A stretch of 64,000 nucleotides of DNA from positions 4,058-68,057 of the forward strand of contig JAPLVZ010000009.1 in NCBI GenBank assembly GCA_026396805.1, in the 5' to 3' direction. Of this stretch, positions 35,020 through 42,935 are shown one piece after another (positions within the stretch are counted from its first letter, which is position 1; each line of letters starts with the position of its first letter). The notes beneath the pieces were generated by a model. That model was not told the origin of the DNA. It was given only the letters and a program-made list of their open reading frames with translations, and did no database searches. Source of the stretch: Candidatus Falkowbacteria bacterium. GTDB lineage: Bacteria; Patescibacteriota; Patescibacteriia; Patescibacteriales; UBA12465. The translations under genes were made by a program, and so were the position numbers.

Positions 35020-36393
35020 CTATTGCATCAGAGTCAAGACTTCGTCTCGTTTCTTTTCCATTATTTCTCGGCTGATTGCCTCTAAATTCAAACGTATTTT
35101 CGGCTCGGTATTTGAGCCGCGGACATTAAACCAGAAGTCCGGGTATTCTATCGTCAAACCGTCTAAGCGCGTAATCTTTCCGTCGCCGTATTTAGCCAGA
35201 ACATTGTTAAAGACCGCTTCTTTATCGCCGACCAAACGATTTATTTCTCCGGAATGGAAGTATTTTTTATATTGGGAAACATAAGCGGCGATACCGTTCG
35301 GTGTTTGCGAAACCAAGGTTAAGAGTTTTAGGATAATAATGCTCGGGTATTCAAAACAGCCGGCCTCGCCGCGCAGATAGAAATGGCCGGAAGCTTCACC
35401 GGCAAAAAAAATGTCTTCTTTTAACATCTGCTCCTTAATTAAGGAATGACCGACGCGGGTCATTACCGGAATGCCGCCGTTTTCTTTTATCAGGTCGATG
35501 GTGATACGACCCGGACGGGCGTCATAACCTATTTTCGCTCCGGGCTTAATTTCTAAAAACATTTTGGACAAGAGGCCGCGGGTAATTGACTGGTCGATTG
35601 TGTCTCCTCTATTATCAAGAAAAAACAGGCGGTCGCCGTCGCCGTCAATCGCGATACCAAGATCCGCTCCTCTCATTTTAATCTCGGCTTTTATTTGGAT
35701 AAGATTTTCTTCTTTAATTGGGTCGGCTTCATGAGCAGGGAAAGAACCGTCAAGAGAAAAGTTTAAGGGAATCAACTCACACGGAAGATTAGTGAATAAG
35801 GATTTAACGTAGGTCGCGCCCATACCGTTAGCGGTATCAATCACCACTTTCAAAGATTTTATTTTAGAATGATCGGTAAAAGAAAACGCGTAATCGGTTT
35901 CGTCTTGTAGGGCTTGGTCATTTTTGGATATTTCTCCGGGAATGGCCGCCGGCAGGAAGTGATTGGCTAAAACTTTGTCTTTTAAATAATTGATTCCCGT
36001 CTCGCCGCTAATCGGTATTCCTTGAGCGCGGACCAGCTTGAACCCGTTCCATTCTTTGGGGTTGTGCGAAGCGGAGACGATGATGCCGCCGTCATATTTA
36101 TAATGGCCGACGGCAAAATACATGGTCGGGGTAGAAATCATGCCCAAATCAATAACATCGGCGCCGGCTTCGGCCAATCCCCTGATTAAGTTCTCTTTCA
36201 ACTCCGGAGAAGACAGGCGCATATCGGTGGCGACAGCGACTTTTAATTTTTTGCCCTTGATGTGGTCGGGGTCGTTTTTTCTGAGTTCTACATAGGCCAA
36301 GCCCAAGAGGCGACCGAGCTCATTATCAAAATCCCGGCCGTAGACGCCGCGGATATCGTAAGCTTTAAAGATTTCCGGATTTATTGGTAGCAT
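35020..36393 (-). CDS. phosphomannomutase/phosphoglucomutase-family enzyme
   Basis: Phosphoserine loop SASHNPKEWNGFK, metal loop AIDGDGDRLFF, sugar-binding GEASGH. Confidence 0.9.
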   Translation of the reverse strand: MLPINPEIFKAYDIRGVYGRDFDNELGRLLGLAYVELRKNDPDHIKGKKLKVAVATDMRLSSPELKENLIRGLAEAGADVIDLGMISTPTMYFAVGHYKYDGGIIVSASHNPKEWNGFKLVRAQGIPISGETGINYLKDKVLANHFLPAAIPGEISKNDQALQDETDYAFSFTDHSKIKSLKVVIDTANGMGATYVKSLFTNLPCELIPLNFSLDGSFPAHEADPIKEENLIQIKAEIKMRGADLGIAIDGDGDRLFFLDNRGDTIDQSITRGLLSKMFLEIKPGAKIGYDARPGRITIDLIKENGGIPVMTRVGHSLIKEQMLKEDIFFAGEASGHFYLRGEAGCFEYPSIIILKLLTLVSQTPNGIAAYVSQYKKYFHSGEINRLVGDKEAVFNNVLAKYGDGKITRLDGLTIEYPDFWFNVRGSNTEPKIRLNLEAISREIMEKKRDEVLTLMQ

Positions 36394-37504
36394 AGAACCA
36401 AAGGCCTCCTAAACCGAGCCAGACGGTGATTAAGCCGAATATCCAGCCGACAAAGGGGATAGAAAATAATAGCCAGCAGATAATTACTCCCGGCACCAGA
36501 GACCAAGCTAAAGGCAAGCTCTCTTTTTTCAGTATTTTTTTAATAAGGATGTTGCCCAACAAGATGGCCGTTAATATCTTGGCGGCATAAATCGCTATCA
36601 GCCAAATCGCGCCCAGGATAAGAGCCAGCGGAATCCCGATAACGGTGAACATTAAAACCAAAGCGACCGGAGGTAAGACGAAGAAGAAAAGTAGCCCTGG
36701 GATAAGGGTTCGGATCGGTTTTTCTTCTATCAGGCCGATAGTTTTATAAATACCTTTCTTACAGACGGTAGTCATGACTAAGCCGACAACGATGGCGGCG
36801 AAGATAGCGAAGAGGCGTCCCCAAAGCCAAGGCCAAAAATGGTCATTAATTTTTACTGCCGGAGTTTTTTGTTGGATATTGCCGGCGATGCTGGCTCCGG
36901 GAGAAACACTGGCGGCTGTTTTGGAAGTGTAATTAATATCACCGTTGATTATCGCGCCGGAAGCGACGGTTAATTTTTGAGTAGTGCCGCCGTTTAATTT
37001 TAGATCAATATTTTTGCCGATTTTGCCGGTGATTAAAGCCTGCCCGGCATAGCCGCTTAAACTGCCGTCAATAATTCCTCTGGCCGATAGGTTCGATCCG
37101 GCGATATAAGCGTCCCAGCCTATTTGAGATTCTGTTCCTAGAACGACGTTAGCGCCGAAAGCGTTGATGTTGCGAGCGACCGTTCCGTTGATGGTGAGAG
37201 TATTGCCGGCGATGCGAATATTGCCGCCGACATCCCCATTGACCGTTATGTCTTGACTGGCGGCGATGATGTCTCCCTCTACTCGTCCGTTAACGGTGAT
37301 GACTTGGGCGGCGGCGATAAGATCGCCGCTAATAGTGCCGTCGATTATAATAGATTGTCCGGCGGCGTAGAGATTGCCGCTGACGATTTCTTCTTTAGGG
37401 ACATAGATATTTCCGCCTGTCTTGGTTCCGGCGGCTTTTAAGGCGGAGAAAGGTATTAAGAATAAGACCAAAAACAAGAAAATTTTGGCGATTTTTTTAG
37501 TCAT
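36365..37504 (-). CDS. bactofilin-like beta-helix repeat protein fused to a polytopic membrane domain
   Basis: Signal-like N-terminus, ~170 aa of repeated G(D/N)IxxAGxxxTINGxV units, then 4-5 TM helices; 3' end overlaps the PMM start by 29 nt. Confidence 0.7.
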   Translation of the reverse strand: MTKKIAKIFLFLVLFLIPFSALKAAGTKTGGNIYVPKEEIVSGNLYAAGQSIIIDGTISGDLIAAAQVITVNGRVEGDIIAASQDITVNGDVGGNIRIAGNTLTINGTVARNINAFGANVVLGTESQIGWDAYIAGSNLSARGIIDGSLSGYAGQALITGKIGKNIDLKLNGGTTQKLTVASGAIINGDINYTSKTAASVSPGASIAGNIQQKTPAVKINDHFWPWLWGRLFAIFAAIVVGLVMTTVCKKGIYKTIGLIEEKPIRTLIPGLLFFFVLPPVALVLMFTVIGIPLALILGAIWLIAIYAAKILTAILLGNILIKKILKKESLPLAWSLVPGVIICWLLFSIPFVGWIFGLITVWLGLGGLWFYATNKSGNL

Positions 37505-37585
37505 AGCGATATTGTTAAATTTTAAAAAATGATATAGTATAAGAGGTCTGAATATAATAGAATACTTTGATTATAGCCCAAATAT

Positions 37586-39211
37586 ATGGGGGAAGCAATA
37601 AAGGACCTGCTTTTAAATTATGCTTCCGGTTTTAAGAATCGGGATGATTTAGAAGCCGGGAAAAGGATAATCTGCAAGCGTTATGGCTTAGCGGCCGTTC
37701 CTAATTCCGATATTCTGAAAGAGTATCGTTTTTTGTTGTCTGAAAATAAGATTGTCCAAATTCTCCCTCTGGAAAAAATATTACGCAAGCGCGCCATCAG
37801 GACTTTATCGGGGATAGCGCCGGTTGCCGTTCTGACTAAGCCCTATCCGTGTCCGGGCGCCTGCGCTTATTGCCCACACGAAAAAAATGTCCCGGCCAGC
37901 TATCTGTCTAACGAACCGGCGGTAATGCGCGCCATCCGTTGCGGCTATGATCCTTATAAACAGATCGTCTTGCGTTTGAAGGCGCTGGAAAATAACGGCC
38001 ATGAGCCGACTAAGATTGAATTGATAGTTATCGGCGGCACCTGGAGCTACCTGCCGATTAAATATAAATATTGGTATATCGTGAATTGTTTTCGAGCGGT
38101 TAATGATTTTGTAAAAGTAGGCCGGTTAGTTTTTAAGCGTCCGGGAGGAGAAGAGAAATTCAATATTGGCTTAAAATCTCCTTACGCTAAAAATTTATCT
38201 TTAAATAAATTAAAGGCCGCACTTACCAAGGAACAGAAAAAGAATGAAGGCGCCGTTTATAGCCTTATTGGCTTGACCCTGGAAACTCGGCCGGATTATA
38301 TTAATACTAAAGAAATTCTGGAAATGCGCGCCTTGGGAGCGACTCGGGTAGAGATCGGCGTCCAGGCGGTTGATGATAAGATTTTGAAATTAAATAGGCG
38401 CGGGCACGGCGTCAAGGAAATCGCGGCGGCCACTAAATTATTAAAGGAATACGGTTTTAAAGTCACTTATCATTTAATGCCGGCCTTGCCGGGCGCGACG
38501 CCAAAAAAGGATTTAGCGTTATTTAAGAAATTATTCAGCGACGAGCGCTTCCAGCCCGATCAGATTAAATTTTATCCGACTGTCGTAACCGCCGGAAGTT
38601 TATTGGCTCGTTGGTACAGCCAAGGGAAGTATCAACCTTATACTGACAAGCAACTTCAGGAGTTGATCGTGAAATGCAAAGCCATTGTTCCGCCTTATGT
38701 CAGAATAATCCGATTAATTCGGGATATCCCGGGCGAGTCGATTATCGCCGGCAATAAGATTACGAATTTACGTCAGATTCTGAAAGATAGAGGCGTAAAA
38801 TGTAATTGTATCCGTTGCCGCGAGGCCAAGGAACAAGTTATCGCTTCGGATTATAAGATTAGAGCAATAAAATATCCGTCTTCCGGAGGCCTAGAATATT
38901 TTATCAGCGCGGCCAGCCGGGACGGGAAAACTTTATACGGATTTTGCCGCCTAAGAATAGATCAGAATAGTCCGGTGGCTCCGGCTATCATCAGAGAGTT
39001 GCATGTTTATGGCGTACTAGTTTCTATCGGCGGAGCTAAAAAGGTCCAACACAGCGGACTAGGAAAAAGATTAATGAAAGAGGTGGAAGAAATCGCGGCT
39101 AAAGCCGGAGCGATTAAAATTGCCGTCATTTCCGGGGTCGGAGTAAAGGGGTATTATAAAAAGCTGGGCTATAAGGAAAAAGATACTTATATGGTCAAGA
39201 ATTTTATTTAA
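37586..39211 (+). CDS. elp3: Elp3-family radical-SAM/GNAT enzyme (tRNA U34 modification type)
   Basis: 541 aa; CPGACAYCP (CxxxCxxC) radical-SAM cluster, Elp3-type core, C-terminal GNAT (HSGLGKRLMKEVEEIA). Confidence 0.85.
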   Translation: MGEAIKDLLLNYASGFKNRDDLEAGKRIICKRYGLAAVPNSDILKEYRFLLSENKIVQILPLEKILRKRAIRTLSGIAPVAVLTKPYPCPGACAYCPHEKNVPASYLSNEPAVMRAIRCGYDPYKQIVLRLKALENNGHEPTKIELIVIGGTWSYLPIKYKYWYIVNCFRAVNDFVKVGRLVFKRPGGEEKFNIGLKSPYAKNLSLNKLKAALTKEQKKNEGAVYSLIGLTLETRPDYINTKEILEMRALGATRVEIGVQAVDDKILKLNRRGHGVKEIAAATKLLKEYGFKVTYHLMPALPGATPKKDLALFKKLFSDERFQPDQIKFYPTVVTAGSLLARWYSQGKYQPYTDKQLQELIVKCKAIVPPYVRIIRLIRDIPGESIIAGNKITNLRQILKDRGVKCNCIRCREAKEQVIASDYKIRAIKYPSSGGLEYFISAASRDGKTLYGFCRLRIDQNSPVAPAIIRELHVYGVLVSIGGAKKVQHSGLGKRLMKEVEEIAAKAGAIKIAVISGVGVKGYYKKLGYKEKDTYMVKNFI

Positions 39212-39240
39212 AGTTAGACAAATTATTTTTTTAATTTTTT

Positions 39241-39269
39241 TTGGAGTTTAAGTTAGAATATGCTATAAT
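39241..39269 (+). promoter_or_regulatory. promoter of the yhhQ-like leader
   Basis: TTGGAG (39241-39246), 17-nt spacer ending TGC, TATAAT (39264-39269). Confidence 0.55.
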
Positions 39270-39344
39270 TAATATATTATGTTGATTACTAAAAATATTA
39301 CAACTTGGTCGGGATTTACTTCCGCATCTCTTAGACTCTATTAA

Positions 39345-39392
39345 CCCAGGGTGTATTTAGTAATTCTAAAGCACCCTTGGGGGTGTTTTTTT
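39345..39392 (+). terminator. leader terminator with competing antiterminator upstream of yhhQ-like gene
   Basis: Terminator CACCC(39372-76)/GGGTG(39381-85) plus U7 (39386-92). Alternative 9-bp helix CCCAGGGTG(39345-53)/CACCCTTGGG(39372-81) uses the same nucleotides. Confidence 0.6.
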
Positions 39393-39414
39393 ATTAATTA
39401 AAAACAACTTTATT

Positions 39415-40092
39415 ATGTCTTCAGATATTAAGTTTTTAGAACAAATTCCCGTGTCTCCGGAAAAGATTAGCTTCAAAATTATAATTGCTTTAACTCTTTA
39501 TTTGGTTTCGCTTTTTGCCGCCAATACATTGGGTCTAAAAATAATGCCTTTTATTTTTGGCACGCATTTGTCAGTCGCTGTTTTCTTTTTTCCGTTTGTG
39601 TTTTTGATGACCGATATCATCGGTCAGGTTTACGGCAAACCAATGGCCAGAAATTTCGTGCTGGCCGGCTTTATCAGTATTTGTTTATTCATGGTTTACT
39701 CTTTCATTTCCTTATTTGTGCCTTGGGCGCAAGAAGGCCTGAGGTTCAAAGATAGTTTTAATACGATTTTCGGCCTTTCGTTAAGAATGTCGTTAGCCTC
39801 GCTCTTAGCTTATCTGATTGCAGAATATCAGGATGTCGCGGCTTTTTTCTTTTTTAAGAAAAAATTTAATAAAAGCGCTTTTTGGCTACAATCCAATCTC
39901 TCTAACCTCTGGTCGCAACTTTTAGATACGGCTATTTTTATGCTTGTTGCTTTTGCGGGCGTATATTCTATTAAGACCATACTACTTATCGGGCTCCCCT
40001 GGTGGTTATATAAAGTCGGCATGGGATTTATCTATACCCCCTTATCTTATTTAGGTATATATCTCCTTAAATATGAAAATAAAAACATTTAA
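39415..40092 (+). CDS. yhhQ: YhhQ/VUT-family transporter (queuosine-precursor transporter family)
   Basis: Strong family pattern: FPFVFLMTDIIGQVYG, SLLAYLIAEYQDV, SNLWSQLLDTAIFMLVAF. Confidence 0.85.
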   Translation: MSSDIKFLEQIPVSPEKISFKIIIALTLYLVSLFAANTLGLKIMPFIFGTHLSVAVFFFPFVFLMTDIIGQVYGKPMARNFVLAGFISICLFMVYSFISLFVPWAQEGLRFKDSFNTIFGLSLRMSLASLLAYLIAEYQDVAAFFFFKKKFNKSAFWLQSNLSNLWSQLLDTAIFMLVAFAGVYSIKTILLIGLPWWLYKVGMGFIYTPLSYLGIYLLKYENKNI

Positions 40093-40771
40093 AACCTCGA
40101 TCTTTAAGCCGAATGAAAATTTATTATCTTTTGTTGCGAGATATTTGCAAAAGATTCCTGATAACAGCATCTTGGTCGTTACTTCTAAAATAGTCGCTCT
40201 ATCTGAAGGGCGATTTATTAATGACGCAGATGAAACAACTAAAGAGAGGATAATCAGGCAAGAAAGCGAAACAGTTTTAAAGACTAAATATGTTTATTTG
40301 ACGATTAAAGACGGAATAGTTATGGCTAACGCCGGTGTGGACGAGAGTAACGGTAACGGTTTAATAATATTATTGCCGCAAGACAGTTTTAAGGCGGCGT
40401 CAAAAATTCGTCGTCACTTTAAGAAGAAACTTCGGCTCAAAAATTTTGGCGTAATCATTACCGACAGTCGCTGTTTGCCTCTTCGCGCTGGGATTACCGG
40501 GGTAGCCTTGGGTTATGCGGGCTTTAAAGGACTAAAAAGTTATCAGGGTAAATTGGACATTTTCGGTCGGCCTTTTCAATATTCTCGCGTCGATGTGGCC
40601 GACAGCTTGGCCACGGCGGCTGTTTTTTGCATGGGTGAAGGCCAGGAAAAACAGCCGCTGGCCCTTATCAGCGAGGTCCGACTGGACTATGTTGAAAGAA
40701 TAAATAAAGATGAGTTAAAAATTGATCTGAGGGAGGATATGTATGAGCCGTTATTTAGAAAAATTAAATAA
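40073..40771 (+). CDS. CofE-like gamma-glutamyl ligase family protein (F420-0:glutamate ligase / FolC2-type fold)
   Basis: VVTSKIVALSEGR, ANAGVDESN, VIITDS, VADSLATAA motifs of the F420_ligase family; start overlaps the yhhQ-like gene by 20 nt. Confidence 0.8.
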   Translation: MKIKTFKTSIFKPNENLLSFVARYLQKIPDNSILVVTSKIVALSEGRFINDADETTKERIIRQESETVLKTKYVYLTIKDGIVMANAGVDESNGNGLIILLPQDSFKAASKIRRHFKKKLRLKNFGVIITDSRCLPLRAGITGVALGYAGFKGLKSYQGKLDIFGRPFQYSRVDVADSLATAAVFCMGEGQEKQPLALISEVRLDYVERINKDELKIDLREDMYEPLFRKIK

Positions 40772-40843
40772 TAGTTAGTTTCAATAGCTAGTTTTTGACA
40801 AAAGACTTCGTCTAAACTAAGATTAAAAGATAATATTAATAAT

Positions 40844-42088
40844 ATGAAATACGATCACTTAAAACAACAAGATCCGGCCGTTTGGGAAATAATTGAGAGA
40901 GAGGAAAAACGGCAGAATGAGGAATTGGAGCTTATTGCTTCGGAAAATTACGTTTCTCCGGCGGTTCTTGAAGCGATGGCCACGGTTTTGACCAATAAAT
41001 ACAGTGAAGGCTATGCCGGCCATCGTTATTACGGCGGCAACGCGGTTATTGACGAGATTGAACTCTTGGCGATTGAGCGGGCCAAAAAATTATTTGACGC
41101 CGAGCATGTTAACGTCCAGCCTCTGTCCGGGTCTCCGGCCAATGCCTCAGTTTATATGGCTTTTTTAAATCCTGGCGATAAGGTTTTGGGCCTAAAACTT
41201 GATCACGGCGGTCATTTATCGCACGGACATAAGGTTAATTTTTCCGGCCGCTTATATAATTTTGTCCAATATGGAGTTAATTTGGAAACCGGAATAATTG
41301 ATATGGACGAAGTCAGGGAAATCGCTCTGCGCGAGCGGCCGAAAATGATTGTCGCCGGTTTTAGCGCTTATTCCCGAGAAATTGACTGGCAGAAATTTAA
41401 GGATATCGCCGATGAGATTGGCGCGTATACGTTCGCGGATATCGCTCATATCGCGGGATTAATTGCCGCTAAGCAGATTAAGAATCCGGTGCCGATATTT
41501 GATGTCGTGTCCACGACGACGCATAAGACTTTACGCGGTCCGCGCGGAGCCATTATTATGTGCAAGGAAAAATACGCTAAGCAGATAAATAGCGCGGTTT
41601 TTCCGGGCATGCAGGGCGGTCCGCATGACCATATCACCGCGGCTAAAGCGGTGGCTTTCGGCGAAGCGCTGAAGCCGGAATTCATTGAGTATTCTAAACA
41701 GATTATAAAAAACGCTCAAGCCATGGCCCAAGAATTCATTAATCTCGGCTATCGGATAATTTCCGGGGGGACGGATAACCATTTGATGGTTCTGGACTTG
41801 ACCAGCAAGGGAACGGTCGGCAAGGAAGCGGAGAAAGCGTTAGAAAAGATAGGTATTTCCATTTCCCGCTCCACTATTCCGAATGATCCGAATCCGCCGA
41901 TGAATCCGAGCGGAATCAGGGTTGGCACGCCGGCGGTTACGACCCGAGGCATGAAAGAAGCGGAGATGAAATTAATTGTCGGCTATATCAATGAGGCCCT
42001 GGAAAATAAAACTGACGAAGGAAAGCTGGATAGCTTAAAAAAACAGGTTAAAGCTTTATGCAATAAATTTCCGATTCCGACAAAGTAA
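40844..42088 (+). CDS. glyA: serine hydroxymethyltransferase
   Basis: ELIASENY, PLP-lysine motif TTTHKTLRGPRG. Confidence 0.97.
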   Translation: MKYDHLKQQDPAVWEIIEREEKRQNEELELIASENYVSPAVLEAMATVLTNKYSEGYAGHRYYGGNAVIDEIELLAIERAKKLFDAEHVNVQPLSGSPANASVYMAFLNPGDKVLGLKLDHGGHLSHGHKVNFSGRLYNFVQYGVNLETGIIDMDEVREIALRERPKMIVAGFSAYSREIDWQKFKDIADEIGAYTFADIAHIAGLIAAKQIKNPVPIFDVVSTTTHKTLRGPRGAIIMCKEKYAKQINSAVFPGMQGGPHDHITAAKAVAFGEALKPEFIEYSKQIIKNAQAMAQEFINLGYRIISGGTDNHLMVLDLTSKGTVGKEAEKALEKIGISISRSTIPNDPNPPMNPSGIRVGTPAVTTRGMKEAEMKLIVGYINEALENKTDEGKLDSLKKQVKALCNKFPIPTK

Positions 42089-42119
42089 GAGACGAAAGTT
42101 TTAAATAGTTAATAATTAA

Positions 42120-42926
42120 ATGGTAAAAAAAATTGACGGGACGGCGATTGCTGAAAAAGTAAAAGATGTCATCGCCCAAAATATATTCAAGCTTAAAGGA
42201 CCAAGGCCGAACTTGGCCATTGTTTTAGTGGGTGAACGCGCGGATTCCCAACTCTATGTGGCCCTAAAAGAAAGAGAGGGCAAAAAGGTCGGCGTGGAAA
42301 CGCATGTCTATAAATTGCCGGTTGATATTTCCGAAGAGGAATTATTTGATGTTATCGGTTTTTTAAATAAAGACGCTTCTATCGACGGCATTCTAGTTCA
42401 GTTACCTTTACCGGAAAAATTTAATACCGATAAAGTAATCGCCGCAATTGATCCGCTTAAAGATGTGGACGGTTTTCACCCACTCCATCCCGACTATATA
42501 ATTTCTCCGGTGTCGGCGGCTATTCTGGCTTGTCTGGAAGATATAAAATTCTCCGGCGCCGGTAAATCGGCTTGCGTCTTATATAACTCCGAAGTCTTTG
42601 GTCAGAGTATTAAAGATATTTTAGAGAAAAAAGGATTAAAAGTCAGCTTGAAAGATAATCCCGAGAAAGCGGATTTGTTAGTAACGGCTTTAGGTGAACC
42701 GCATAAGATAAAAAAAGAAATGATTAAAGACGGCGCGGTGATAATTGATATTGGGATTACCAAACAAGACGGTAAGGTTCTGGGCGATGTGGATTTTGAA
42801 GATATTAAAGATAAGGCGAGTTATATTACTCCGGTACCTGGCGGTATTGGACCGATGACTATCGCTTTTTTATTTAAGAATGTCTGGGAAATATTTCAAA
42901 GGCGGAAAAATGGTAATTTTAGCTAA
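42120..42926 (+). CDS. folD: bifunctional methylenetetrahydrofolate dehydrogenase/cyclohydrolase
   Basis: LVGERADSQLYV, ILVQLPLP, VDGFHP, PVPGGIGPMT motifs. Confidence 0.95.
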   Translation: MVKKIDGTAIAEKVKDVIAQNIFKLKGPRPNLAIVLVGERADSQLYVALKEREGKKVGVETHVYKLPVDISEEELFDVIGFLNKDASIDGILVQLPLPEKFNTDKVIAAIDPLKDVDGFHPLHPDYIISPVSAAILACLEDIKFSGAGKSACVLYNSEVFGQSIKDILEKKGLKVSLKDNPEKADLLVTALGEPHKIKKEMIKDGAVIIDIGITKQDGKVLGDVDFEDIKDKASYITPVPGGIGPMTIAFLFKNVWEIFQRRKNGNFS

Positions 42927-42935
42927 TATTAAAGG

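Noticed and set aside
39276-39392. Assigning the yhhQ leader to the preQ1-I/II or THF riboswitch classes
   Set aside because: From memory of the consensus sequences (preQ1-I A-rich tail ...AAAAAACUA; THF ...AGAGUAG...CGCGU...) I cannot find the conserved cores. It is kept only as an unclassified attenuator candidate.
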